Assembly: GCA_937996685.1 (NCBI GenBank)
Contig: CALKUP010000016.1
Coordinates: 85,879-149,878, forward strand
Source of the DNA: an uncultured bacterium
Lineage (GTDB): Bacteria > Patescibacteriota > Patescibacteriia > UBA9570 > XYC2-FULL-38-9
DNA: 64,000 bases
Direction: 5' to 3'
This document shows positions 37,367 through 47,194 of the stretch, piece by piece. Below the pieces are notes generated by a model. That model did no database searches. It was given only the letters and a program-made list of their open reading frames with translations, and was not told the origin of the DNA. The position numbers were made by a program, and so were the translations under genes. Every line of letters begins with the position of its first letter. The stretch's first letter is position 1.

Positions 37367-38428
37367 CTATGAAATAGCAGCAGCATAATCATGCAGTAAT
37401 TGCATGATTTGTTGTTTCTGGAGATTTTTTTCTTCAAGAATCGTGTAGCGATCTGCTCGTGTGCTTGGCGCAAATAAGAGAGCTTCGGTCATTTCTTCAA
37501 GTGTGAGTCCAAGTTCTTCGTGGGTGACAGGGAGTTCTGATGAACGAGCAAATGCGACGAGTTCTTGGATATCTTCTCCGCGCAAAAAGTTCATAAGGAG
37601 CGTGCCGTAGAGCACTTGCAGTCCATGCATTGATCGATTTGGAAACAGTGCATCAATTGCGTGAGAAATCTTGTGCTCTGACCCGGAGCACGGGCGTGAG
37701 TTGCCAGAAATATTCATTGCAACACCACTGAGAATCAGTGCATGTGTCAGTTTTTCCAAGAAGGCTTCACTTTGAATATCAACAGTAACGCCGCGGAGAG
37801 ATTCGTAAACTAATTGGGCTGAAGAGAGCGCGATGCTCGCAGCAAAGTCGTCGTAGCTTTCTGTGCCTTTTGCGTGGGCAAGCTTCCAGTCTTTGATAGC
37901 GGAAAAATTACTAATCATATCACCAATACCAGATAGGATGTTGTTTTTTGGAGCGCCAGTTAGCATGCCAGGATCAACCAAGATGCCAACCGGCATATTC
38001 ACTGGTAGGCTTTCTGTGACGCCGGTGTCGTTTGTGAGGACGGCAACTGGAGATGCAAGGCCGTCATTGCTTGGGGATGTCGGAACAGAAATGTAATTCA
38101 CACGTGCCTTTGTTGCGACGTATTTTCCAAGATCAAGGACGCGGCCGCCACCAATACTGACAATAAGGTCATTACCTTTTTCACGAACATGCGCCGCGAT
38201 TCGGTCACCTTCAGCAATGGAGTTTTTTGATAGTAAAACAATGGCTGGGTCTCCGAGAGCGTGAACGGTATCATTACCACCAGCTTCCAAAATATGCGGC
38301 TCTGAAATAATGAGCGGCTTGGTGAAATACAAATGTTGCTCACGCATGATTTTTTCAATCTGCGATAAACAACCGGCTTCAATTTTAATAAATAGGGGAA
38401 TTTGTGTGTTGCGCAAGATAATAGACAT
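37367..38428 (-). CDS. sn-Glycerol-1-phosphate dehydrogenase-like enzyme (EgsA/AraM family; dehydroquinate-synthase-like/Fe-ADH superfamily)
   Basis: NAD-binding SIGGGRVLDLGKYVA (GGG..D motif) and VPTSPSNDGLASPVAV, resembling the P-T-x-A-S-x-D-G substrate/metal loop of G1PDH rather than the glycerol dehydrogenase variant. 353 aa. Confidence 0.5.
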   Translation of the reverse strand: MSIILRNTQIPLFIKIEAGCLSQIEKIMREQHLYFTKPLIISEPHILEAGGNDTVHALGDPAIVLLSKNSIAEGDRIAAHVREKGNDLIVSIGGGRVLDLGKYVATKARVNYISVPTSPSNDGLASPVAVLTNDTGVTESLPVNMPVGILVDPGMLTGAPKNNILSGIGDMISNFSAIKDWKLAHAKGTESYDDFAASIALSSAQLVYESLRGVTVDIQSEAFLEKLTHALILSGVAMNISGNSRPCSGSEHKISHAIDALFPNRSMHGLQVLYGTLLMNFLRGEDIQELVAFARSSELPVTHEELGLTLEEMTEALLFAPSTRADRYTILEEKNLQKQQIMQLLHDYAAAIS

Positions 38429-38433
38429 AAGCG

Positions 38434-39171
38434 TTATGGCATTTCAAGAATCATTTTTTTTGCATCAGCGAGATCTTCTGGTGTGTCAATTTCCATTGCA
38501 GGAAGTCCGTCTGTAGAAATTGGATGTAATTGCAGGCCGTGGTCAGTAATTGCGGTTTGAATCCCGTCTTCATAATAGAGGGAATTGTCTTTTTCAATTG
38601 TATCGTCAAGGGCTTGAAGGATGCTGTTTTTTGTTTCTCGACTGAGCTTCATGACGCCGATATATTCACCATGGCTCGTTTCTGGGTCAAGTGATTTGTG
38701 AATGACGGTGATCGTTTCATTATTAGAATCAAGCGTGACTTTCATTTCCTCGTCGCCCAGTGTTTTGACATCATCGATAATCATGGCGTTTGCGTGTGGA
38801 CTAGTTGCAAGTTTCTTTAAAATGTCTGCGTGAAAAATAGTGTCTGAATTAATCAAAATAAAATCATCGTCAACAACATCGAGTGCGCGACGCATTGATA
38901 CAATATTTCCGGTTGAATGATAGACATCGTTAAAAACATAATTGATGTTCATTTCAGGATGTTTGGCAGCGTATGCATTTCCAGCATCAACGACAGCGTC
39001 GTGTCCGTGTCCGGTAATGACATCAACGTGCGTGATTCCACTTGTCCGAACATTATCTAAAATATGATCCAGGATGGAGGTTGTGTTCAGTGACAGGAGT
39101 GTTTTTGGGATGTGTTCAGTGAGAGGCCGGAGGCGTTGCGATGTGCCAGCTGCCATGATAATTGCGCGCAT
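38434..39171 (-). CDS. LicC-like sugar/alcohol-phosphate nucleotidyl(cytidylyl)transferase
   Basis: N-terminal MRAIIMAAGTSQRLRPLTEHIPKTLL, the GT-A-like NTP_transferase signature shared with LicC/IspD/GlmU-N. 245 aa. 5 nt upstream of the G1PDH-like gene. Confidence 0.65.
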   Translation of the reverse strand: MRAIIMAAGTSQRLRPLTEHIPKTLLSLNTTSILDHILDNVRTSGITHVDVITGHGHDAVVDAGNAYAAKHPEMNINYVFNDVYHSTGNIVSMRRALDVVDDDFILINSDTIFHADILKKLATSPHANAMIIDDVKTLGDEEMKVTLDSNNETITVIHKSLDPETSHGEYIGVMKLSRETKNSILQALDDTIEKDNSLYYEDGIQTAITDHGLQLHPISTDGLPAMEIDTPEDLADAKKMILEMP

Positions 39172-39221
39172 ATGATCAATAAAAATAAGGGAAATTGAAG
39201 TATTCTCACAATAGAGACTGT

Positions 39222-40475
39222 CTATACGCTACCATTCTTCTGACGAAAAATCAATTTCCACGCAAGGAGTGACAGGATGAATATATTGCCAGTTTCAACA
39301 ATGGCAGTGGCGATTGCGGGTCCGACGGCGCCAAAGCGAGGAATCAGAATGAGGTCAAGAATGATGTTCACTGCAACAGTGCCTATTTGTGAATACGCGA
39401 CAACTTTTTGGTAGTCTTTTGCGAGGAGGATATTTGTGAGTGGGATTGAAAAAAACCGTAGCCCAAGAAATATCGCAAGCCATTGCATGACTGGAATCGT
39501 ATCGTGGTATTTGTCTCCAAGAATCCACGGAACGAGCGGGTCAGAAAATAGTACAAAGACCATAGCAGAGCTAATGCCAATGCTGCCAAATCCGGCAATG
39601 GTGCGAAGACTGAGTTGTCGAAAACGGTGTTCATCGTGTTTTGCTGCGGAATAGAGAGCAGGGAGTAAGACTTGATAGATTGTTGTTGGAATAAACAAAA
39701 ACAGGTTGACGATTTTTGCAGCGCCACCATAGGTTGCGACAACTTCTGTGCTGCGAAGGATTGATAAAAGAATCAAATCGACTTGGACATAGATCATTTC
39801 AAAAGTGTTGTACAGCGTGAAATGAACCGACTCTCGAAGCATTGATGTGATTTTTTTCAAATCAACATGCGGGGTGAGCCGCCTTCGTGCATACCAAAAC
39901 AGCAAGGCGATCGAAAATATATTAACGGCCAGTTGCGAGACTCCAAAGCTAATGAGTCCAACGCTTCGGTCGGAGATAAACAAAAAGATGCTAGCAATAG
40001 CGATAACAAAGAACAGTCCATTGAGTGTTTCAACAATAGAGATTTCATTCATGCGCATTTGCGCGCGTAAAATCGCTCGAATGACCTTGCGCCATTCAAA
40101 GATCAGGCCTGCAGCGCCAACGAGTGCAAGTAACAGAATACGCTGAGGAGTGAATCCGACAATACTCGCTGTCACAAGGAGTCCAATCCAAATCAGCAGC
40201 GACATGACTGTTTGCACAACCAGTGCATTGCCGAAATAGATGTTTGCGTCGTCGTGTTTTTGGGAGGTATGCTTTACAAGCAAAGTGCTCATCCCGAGGT
40301 CGGAGAGTGTCATGACGGCGTTTGTCCAAGTGAGCGCGGTATCGAGAATGCCTTGTTGGTCTTTTGTGAAATAGCGATAGGTGAGTAAAAAGGCGAGGCT
40401 GGTAAATCCACGAAACGCTGCCCGAGCAATCACAATGGTCCTGACATTTTTTTTGATACTTGAGCTGTCGTGCAT
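39222..40475 (-). CDS. MOP-superfamily polysaccharide/oligosaccharide flippase (Wzx-like, 'polysaccharide biosynthesis protein')
   Basis: 417 aa with about 12 TM helices. Operonic position between a GT4 and a nucleotidyltransferase. Confidence 0.6.
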   Translation of the reverse strand: MHDSSSIKKNVRTIVIARAAFRGFTSLAFLLTYRYFTKDQQGILDTALTWTNAVMTLSDLGMSTLLVKHTSQKHDDANIYFGNALVVQTVMSLLIWIGLLVTASIVGFTPQRILLLALVGAAGLIFEWRKVIRAILRAQMRMNEISIVETLNGLFFVIAIASIFLFISDRSVGLISFGVSQLAVNIFSIALLFWYARRRLTPHVDLKKITSMLRESVHFTLYNTFEMIYVQVDLILLSILRSTEVVATYGGAAKIVNLFLFIPTTIYQVLLPALYSAAKHDEHRFRQLSLRTIAGFGSIGISSAMVFVLFSDPLVPWILGDKYHDTIPVMQWLAIFLGLRFFSIPLTNILLAKDYQKVVAYSQIGTVAVNIILDLILIPRFGAVGPAIATAIVETGNIFILSLLAWKLIFRQKNGSV

Positions 40476-40484
40476 AGATACAAA

Positions 40485-41594
40485 TTATTTTTCTGAAAAA
40501 AGAGTTGCGTAGCGCTGCATGATGACAGGCCAGTCAAAGTGCTCCTTTGTGTACTGTGCCGCAGCAATGCCAAATGCCTGGCGTTCTGTTGGGTGTTGTA
40601 TCCATTCGATGATTTGTGTTGTCATGGCATGGGCATCGCGTGGTTCGACAAGTCTGCCATTTTTGGTGTCATGAATCGCTGTTGGAATGCCTTCACAGGT
40701 TGTTGCGATCACAGGAAGTTCATAGCTTGCTGCTTCAATGCCAACAAAGCCAAATCCTTCAGCATCGTTTGCAATAGGAATATTTGGCATCACAAAAATA
40801 TCTGCACCGCGATATAGGTCGATGAGTAGTGTGTCAGAAACGCGACCCAGCAAGACGACGTGGTGCCCCATGCTCACTTTTTTTATTGTGGCCTCAATAG
40901 TGGCTTGTTCGGGACCTGTTCCAGTCACAAGATAGAGTATTTGTGGGTGTTGTGCGACAATTGTTGGCAGACAGTGCTCAATAAACCAGGCAACGCCTTT
41001 GCGCTCAACCAATCGGCCGACTGTTAAGAGCCATATAGTCTCTGATGAACTATTTTGGTGTTCAATCTGTTGACAAGTTTTCTGGACAGATTCACGACTT
41101 GTTGTTCTCGCTGATTCTGGAGCATTTTCGCGATTTTGCATCGGCGCTCCATGAGGAATAACAGTGACTCGTTCAGCAGGAGTGTTCCACGGATCTGATA
41201 AAAGGAGTTTTTGTGTGTAATCACTGACAGCAACAATGTGCGTGCAGGCAGGCAGACCTTTTTTGATAAAAAAGCGTAATACCGCGCTATTGTACGTTAA
41301 TTCAAGGGCATGAATCGTGATGAAAATCGGAGCAGGTGAAAAAAGGCGAATCAATGGAGCGAGAATTGCAAGGACGCCATCGCCAAGGTGATACGCTGTG
41401 GCTGTTTTTCGGTGCGTAAACGCGCCCCAGAGCAAGCGTGGAAGTGCCCATACGATGTCCCGTTGGGAGTGTCCGAAATGGATCGTTGTATGAGGGAGAG
41501 GAAGTTGCTCATCAAGGGTGACTGAAAACGTCTCCATTCCGCCTGTTTCCGGTTTAAATTTTCTTGTCAGGAGTATGATCATCAAAAAAAGCAT
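40485..41594 (-). CDS. Glycosyltransferase family 4 (GT-B, RfaG-like)
   Basis: N-terminal ILLTRKFKPETGGMETF (typical GT4 start) and a C-terminal E..E...E motif (GFGFVGIEAASYELPVIAT). Confidence 0.75.
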   Translation of the reverse strand: MLFLMIILLTRKFKPETGGMETFSVTLDEQLPLPHTTIHFGHSQRDIVWALPRLLWGAFTHRKTATAYHLGDGVLAILAPLIRLFSPAPIFITIHALELTYNSAVLRFFIKKGLPACTHIVAVSDYTQKLLLSDPWNTPAERVTVIPHGAPMQNRENAPESARTTSRESVQKTCQQIEHQNSSSETIWLLTVGRLVERKGVAWFIEHCLPTIVAQHPQILYLVTGTGPEQATIEATIKKVSMGHHVVLLGRVSDTLLIDLYRGADIFVMPNIPIANDAEGFGFVGIEAASYELPVIATTCEGIPTAIHDTKNGRLVEPRDAHAMTTQIIEWIQHPTERQAFGIAAAQYTKEHFDWPVIMQRYATLFSEK

Positions 41595-41686
41595 AGCATT
41601 TTCATTTGAAAATCACCAGCCGTCAATGTTGTCTCCTGCTGTGTTTTGTGGTATGTTTTGTGGCGTAGCATTTTATAGATGTTTTT

Positions 41687-43375
41687 ATGAAAACACATCC
41701 ATTTTTCTCCTCTATAAAAATACCAAAATCATTTAGGTGGTTTGTTCTTTTGTTTTTTATCCTTTTTTTGGCAACTTGGCTCCGCTTGACTAATACGTAT
41801 TACGCAACAAATGTAGACGAGCCAAACGTTATGAAACGTGCTGTGCAAATTGCAGATGGTCAATGGCATATACGGTGGTATAATTGGCCTGCACAATCAT
41901 TAATGCGCTTAAATGCCGCGCCTGTTCGCATTGCGGCTGCATGGTTTAATTATCAGGATGATAGTCAAAAGCCAAGAACAGCACAGTATTGGTATGAACA
42001 TAAGCTCTCTGATATCCTTGTTATAGGGCACGTTGTGACAACGATATTCGCGATATTCAGTATTATTGTAATGTATCAAATTGGAGTGTTATTGCGTGAT
42101 CAAAAAACAGGTGTTATTGCAGCATTATTTTTAAGTGTGAGTTCTTTGCATGTATTGCATTCACATTTTGCAACACCGGATGTGCCTATGAGTTGGGCGA
42201 TGCTGGCTGTGTTGTGGTGTGCGTTGCAGCTTCTTCACTTGAATTTTAATGACCAAAAAAAACAATTGCTGCTGAGTGTTACAGCGGGAGCTGTTATCGG
42301 TTTTGCTGTTGCAACAAAATATACAGGAGTTATGACAGCTGTGCCATTATTTTTAGTCGCAGGAGTTCTGTTGTATAGAGATAAAAGAAAATATAAAAAA
42401 ATTGCACAACTTACAATTGTCACAATGCTTGCTGCGATTGTTGTACACATGATACTTAACCCATTCTTTTTTGTAGATTTCGTTGGTATTGTGCAACAAA
42501 TTCAGTATGAAGCAGGAGGTGATCGGCTTGGTGTAGACTTTACTGGAGAGCGTTTTGTTTCTTTAAGAAATCTTTGGTTTTATGTTTCAGGGGCGTTGTT
42601 GTGGAATGGAACCACGATCGCATTGTTAGGCTACGGCTCGATTATAGCGCCACTTTGTGTGTATCGTACAAAAAAAAATACACCACTTCGTATTTTCGCT
42701 TTGTACTATATTATTTTTCTTGTCGCGCTCTCGTTATTACAATTGCATTGGTCGCGTTGGTCGATGCCGCTTGTGACACTGCTTCCATTATTTGCAGCGA
42801 TCAGTGTTTCTGTCATCTGGGATTTTGCTCTTCAGCGTTTTCCTTCGTATAAAAAAAGCATTACAAGTATATTTTGTATATTATTGTTTTTAATGACTTT
42901 GCCGCAATTAGTTATTGGTATTATGGAAAATAATCAATGGCGAGCCAAGACAACTGACGCAATGGTGCTAGAATACATTACTTCAAATCATCCCGTGACA
43001 GATCGTTTTTTTTCAGATACATATTATGTGCATCAAGAGCCGTATTATGTTTCCCAAAGAAGAATTGACTTGTATGCATTTTCTTTTGAAGAGTTATTAG
43101 ATCAAGATATTCATTATGTTGTTGTAAAGCCTTCTCGGTTGACAAACGCTCAAAAAAAGCCAGATGCGTATCCTGACATTATTCGCTTTTTCCATTCATT
43201 AGAAACAAGGGGAGAATTATTGTATACGGCGCGTGATACCTGTTCAAATATTTTACAAAAAAAACGAGACGATCAATTTTTTTCCGCATTATTATTACAA
43301 GGTCGGCAGAGTTGGCGGAAAAATTTCACAACCTGTGAGACAGGGGCCACAATTCAAGTATATCGTATTCAATAA
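41687..43375 (+). CDS. GT-C-fold polytopic membrane glycosyltransferase (GT39/GT83, ArnT/PMT-like)
   Basis: 562 aa. The N-terminal TM plus first periplasmic loop pattern (...LATWLRLTNTYYATNVDEPNVMKRAVQIADGQWH...) is typical of the PMT_2 family. About 11 TM and a C-terminal soluble domain. Confidence 0.6.
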   Translation: MKTHPFFSSIKIPKSFRWFVLLFFILFLATWLRLTNTYYATNVDEPNVMKRAVQIADGQWHIRWYNWPAQSLMRLNAAPVRIAAAWFNYQDDSQKPRTAQYWYEHKLSDILVIGHVVTTIFAIFSIIVMYQIGVLLRDQKTGVIAALFLSVSSLHVLHSHFATPDVPMSWAMLAVLWCALQLLHLNFNDQKKQLLLSVTAGAVIGFAVATKYTGVMTAVPLFLVAGVLLYRDKRKYKKIAQLTIVTMLAAIVVHMILNPFFFVDFVGIVQQIQYEAGGDRLGVDFTGERFVSLRNLWFYVSGALLWNGTTIALLGYGSIIAPLCVYRTKKNTPLRIFALYYIIFLVALSLLQLHWSRWSMPLVTLLPLFAAISVSVIWDFALQRFPSYKKSITSIFCILLFLMTLPQLVIGIMENNQWRAKTTDAMVLEYITSNHPVTDRFFSDTYYVHQEPYYVSQRRIDLYAFSFEELLDQDIHYVVVKPSRLTNAQKKPDAYPDIIRFFHSLETRGELLYTARDTCSNILQKKRDDQFFSALLLQGRQSWRKNFTTCETGATIQVYRIQ

Positions 43376-43383
43376 AGAGGTTC

Positions 43384-45468
43384 ATGAAAACACCTTCTGC
43401 GCCATCATTACAGTTCATGATATTTTTATGTTTTTGTGTTTGCAGCTCATTATTGTTGGTGTTTTTTGCTTTTGAGCATCACGAATATACTCTCGGGTCC
43501 CCGGTCCTGACACTTGCCGTGTCCGCGCTCGCGTGGCTCGGTATCTGTGTGTTATTTGAATATACCGTCGCTGTTGTTGCTCCATTATCACTGTCGGCGC
43601 ATGCCATTCGACGTGGAGTGTCGTTCTTTTTTGTGTTTGCAGTGTTGCTGACACTTGTATTTGCGCGCTTTGTCTGGACATCTGAAACCTATTCTGGGAC
43701 GCCATGGATGAAAGATCCACAAATTGCTCAATTATGTGCAGCTGGTTTTGTCGTTGCTGTGACTATACGCTTTGTTTTTTTGTGGAAGGAAAAGGAGAGT
43801 GCAGAAGATGACGTTGATGATAGTATTGCGATTCCTGTGCAGGGTTTGCGACAATGGGCATTGCATGTGCTTGTGTGTCTTGTTCTGGCTGGAGCGGCAT
43901 TGTCTCAGGCTTTGCCAAATATCAGCGGTGAGGCATACAACCTGCAAAATGATGAGTATTTACAGTACGGCGCTGCGGTTGGATATAACCACACTGGTCA
44001 GTGGGTTGATTGGGATTTTACAAAGAACGATGTACAGCGTGATAGCGCGGGTGCAGTTGTTGTGTATGATCGAGCACATGTCTCAACCTGGCAAATGGCC
44101 ATGGCAATGCGCATTTTTGGTGAAAGTGAGGCTGTTGCGCGTGGCGTTGCCGTTGCCTGGTTTGTCTTGTTTTTATGGGCTGTCTACGGGGTAGCGTTTT
44201 ATTGGTCGCGATCCATTGGTGTGGCAGCATTTATGGCTATAGCGCCGGTATTTTTTGATGGCGTGATGATGCATGCACGGATGGTGCGGATGTATAGTCC
44301 ATTATTGACGATTTCAATGGGCCTGCTTGTTGCTCTGTGGCAGAGCTATGCCGCGGGAATTGCAGGTACATGGGGTCGTTTATTTGTATATAGTAGTATC
44401 AGTGCTGGGTTGTTGCTGCTTGGTTGGGAGCATCAAGAATTGATTTTAATTATTGTTCCAGGAGTCATTGGTTTTGTGTTTGTTGAGTGGTTGCGATTTT
44501 TTATCTACAAAGAAAAAAATGCTGCAAAGGGAGAGGGCGAGCACGCAAAAGCGCAGCAGTATCGAACGGTGTTTCTTCTGTTGTTGTCTACAGCAGCAAT
44601 TGTTGCGTGGTTTGTTAACGCATCATTGGACAGTGCAATTTTTACGACGGGTCACATTGGTATTCGCAAGGCATTGAATACGCAGTATGAGTTTTTGGCC
44701 TTTATGGATTTTGCGCTCCCGTTATTTGTTGCGGGGTTGTATGCAGCAAGTGTTGTCTTCGCTGTCTTTCATCGCAAGTCACACCCATTTGAGCGATATG
44801 TTGCTACAGTGTCGCTTGTGGTGATTGTTGTGATGCTTGTATTCGTGTTGCGTTATAAAGCGTATCGATATATTCAGTTTTTATTGCCATTTGTTGGTAT
44901 GTCTGTCTGGCTCTACTGGTATCGGGCTGTACGGTCTGTTCTTGGTGTATGGATTGAAGACAGGCAAGCGCTGCGACAATGGGCGAATCGTGCTGCTGTT
45001 GCTGTGTTTTTTGTTGCGTTTGTGCCGTTGTCAATTGCGGGTGTTCCGGTATTACAGCCATGGTTCACGCAAGCGCAGGCAGATAAGGTTACAGAAACAG
45101 ATCCAGTGCTTGATCATCACGTGTCTGTTGCGTATGATTTCGTTCGATCGCAGAAAACACCAGGTAGTTTTGTTGTGACAATGTCGTTCCGTGATTTGTA
45201 TTGGAAGAATGACCCGTCATTACAAGTGATAACATTACCTGAGAATGACGTGTACACTATTGATCAATTAAACGCATTTTTTGCGGCGTATCCGACAACA
45301 GAAATGTGGTTTGTGTGGGAACAAGGGAAAGAGCATCATTTGAAGCCAGCTGTGCTGAAAGCAATTCAATCGCGTGCGGTGAATCTGTCGAGTTGTGATG
45401 CGTCATTGAAGAACTCGAACATGAAGATCTATTATTATGGACAACAAAAAATAGACTGCTCAAACTAA
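43384..45468 (+). CDS. Large polytopic membrane protein (694 aa), possibly GT-C-like, with a C-terminal soluble domain
   Basis: More than 12 hydrophobic helices followed by about 130 soluble residues. No motif recognised. Confidence 0.45.
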   Translation: MKTPSAPSLQFMIFLCFCVCSSLLLVFFAFEHHEYTLGSPVLTLAVSALAWLGICVLFEYTVAVVAPLSLSAHAIRRGVSFFFVFAVLLTLVFARFVWTSETYSGTPWMKDPQIAQLCAAGFVVAVTIRFVFLWKEKESAEDDVDDSIAIPVQGLRQWALHVLVCLVLAGAALSQALPNISGEAYNLQNDEYLQYGAAVGYNHTGQWVDWDFTKNDVQRDSAGAVVVYDRAHVSTWQMAMAMRIFGESEAVARGVAVAWFVLFLWAVYGVAFYWSRSIGVAAFMAIAPVFFDGVMMHARMVRMYSPLLTISMGLLVALWQSYAAGIAGTWGRLFVYSSISAGLLLLGWEHQELILIIVPGVIGFVFVEWLRFFIYKEKNAAKGEGEHAKAQQYRTVFLLLLSTAAIVAWFVNASLDSAIFTTGHIGIRKALNTQYEFLAFMDFALPLFVAGLYAASVVFAVFHRKSHPFERYVATVSLVVIVVMLVFVLRYKAYRYIQFLLPFVGMSVWLYWYRAVRSVLGVWIEDRQALRQWANRAAVAVFFVAFVPLSIAGVPVLQPWFTQAQADKVTETDPVLDHHVSVAYDFVRSQKTPGSFVVTMSFRDLYWKNDPSLQVITLPENDVYTIDQLNAFFAAYPTTEMWFVWEQGKEHHLKPAVLKAIQSRAVNLSSCDASLKNSNMKIYYYGQQKIDCSN

Positions 45469-47184
45469 TTGTATTAATGATACAAAGTATTTCATTGTAT
45501 ACAACGTAGTAGCTCCAAGGATAATAAACATAGCCATGCGTTGTCCTTTCGGAAGCATGATTGTCTGTGTTTGCCAAAAGACAAGGCAGACAAAAATAGC
45601 GAGATTAAAATACAGGTATCGTCCAACGAGCATGACAATTGGTGTAGTAAATGACAAGACAATAAGTAATACAACAGTACATATAAGCGTGGATATAAAA
45701 ATTGTAAAAATTATTTCTTTCAGTGTTCGATTTTTTTTATACGCAAAAAGTAATTGACCACCAGCACTGAGTAGTAAAGATAGAACGATCAATGAGAGCC
45801 CGCCTTGAAGTCGCGCATCAAATGGAGTTGATCCATAAGAAAACCACATGCCCCCAAAAAAATCATAACTACGCCATACTAAGTCAGTGAAACGAAATGG
45901 CAGATTAAATGGATTAACAATTTGTTTTACAAATTCTATATGAGCAGCTGTTCCGGTGAGTGCGTGATATGTATACCAATTATGGACAAGCCATGGAAGC
46001 AATAAGGATATTTGAACACATATTGTTAGTAGTAATAATCTATATGATTTACGATATATATAGGCAAGGCCAATAGGTATGCAAATAGGCAGTGCGGTAA
46101 GCTTTGTTAGTAGGGCAAGTCCTAATAGTAAGCCGCTTACAATTGCGTCTTTATATGTTAGTGGTGTTTTTTTTGTTACAATATCTACGGTTTGCAAGAA
46201 AACGAGAGAGCTAATGAGCAGTGTCAATGATTCATTGCTGACAGGAATGAGTATCCCAAGGAAGAGTGGGGATAATGAGAAAGCGCCTAATAGCGAGAGA
46301 AATAGCGCATTATTTTTCACTAATTCTGTACGGCTCGTTATTCGTTCATATATTTTCCAAATCACATATTGTGACGCCATGAGTAACAAGAGATTGAATA
46401 AGCGCAGAACATATAAACGAGTCGGTGTATTTCCGTGAAAAATATAGACCATTTCTGAAATCACTGCACCGATAGAATAGTACAAAGGCGGATGAACCGC
46501 TTCATAGCTTTGTCCAATTGAAACTGTTTCAATTCTTGAATTAGGAATAGCGATTAATTCCTCGGTGCGTATAGGAGAGTATACATTCGGTAATTTGTGC
46601 TCTAAAAAAATATGGTTAATATAGTCAAAATGAGCTGACTCATCAATTGGAGAATACACCGGATGTTGTAGTACAATAAAAATACCAATGCCGAATGTTG
46701 CAATGCTTAAATGGAGCAGAGGATATTTTTTATATACCCACAGTGTGCTCATGCTAATAGAAAGTAATAAGACGATGATGTATCGTCCTGTGAGCACCCA
46801 GTCTTTTTGGTTTATTGAGTAAGAAAAAGGAACAACGGCTGTTGTTATTTGACGGGTGTTATCTAGTAGAATTGGTTTTTTCAATGTAACACTTACATAT
46901 TCAGGAGTTGAAAAATCAACGGATTCAATAACAAGAGGTTCTGTTTGTGTGTCAACGGCAATTTTTTCACCTGGAAATAAGCGATTGCTCTGATTATTTT
47001 TTACGAGCAGTATCTTTGTGTTATCTTTTAAGACGCCGTGACTCCAATTATTGTCAGTAAGATCCGCAATAGACAAGGTGCTTTTATAAATCGGTACGTG
47101 TGGAATAAAAAACCACATCCCAATACTAAAAACAATGAACAGTGCTGTGAATAGTGTATTTTTATGAAATGTGGTTATTCGCAT
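45460..47184 (-). CDS. Large polytopic membrane protein (about 575 aa), GT-C/PMT_2-like
   Basis: AT-rich gene with an N-terminal TM, an extracytoplasmic domain, then more than 10 TM. Start set at the ATG at 47184 (MRITTFHK) to avoid a 160-nt overlap with the upstream GT2. Converges on and overlaps the previous gene by 9 nt. Confidence 0.5.
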   Translation of the reverse strand: MRITTFHKNTLFTALFIVFSIGMWFFIPHVPIYKSTLSIADLTDNNWSHGVLKDNTKILLVKNNQSNRLFPGEKIAVDTQTEPLVIESVDFSTPEYVSVTLKKPILLDNTRQITTAVVPFSYSINQKDWVLTGRYIIVLLLSISMSTLWVYKKYPLLHLSIATFGIGIFIVLQHPVYSPIDESAHFDYINHIFLEHKLPNVYSPIRTEELIAIPNSRIETVSIGQSYEAVHPPLYYSIGAVISEMVYIFHGNTPTRLYVLRLFNLLLLMASQYVIWKIYERITSRTELVKNNALFLSLLGAFSLSPLFLGILIPVSNESLTLLISSLVFLQTVDIVTKKTPLTYKDAIVSGLLLGLALLTKLTALPICIPIGLAYIYRKSYRLLLLTICVQISLLLPWLVHNWYTYHALTGTAAHIEFVKQIVNPFNLPFRFTDLVWRSYDFFGGMWFSYGSTPFDARLQGGLSLIVLSLLLSAGGQLLFAYKKNRTLKEIIFTIFISTLICTVVLLIVLSFTTPIVMLVGRYLYFNLAIFVCLVFWQTQTIMLPKGQRMAMFIILGATTLYTMKYFVSLIQLV

Positions 47185-47194
47185 TATGGTTATC

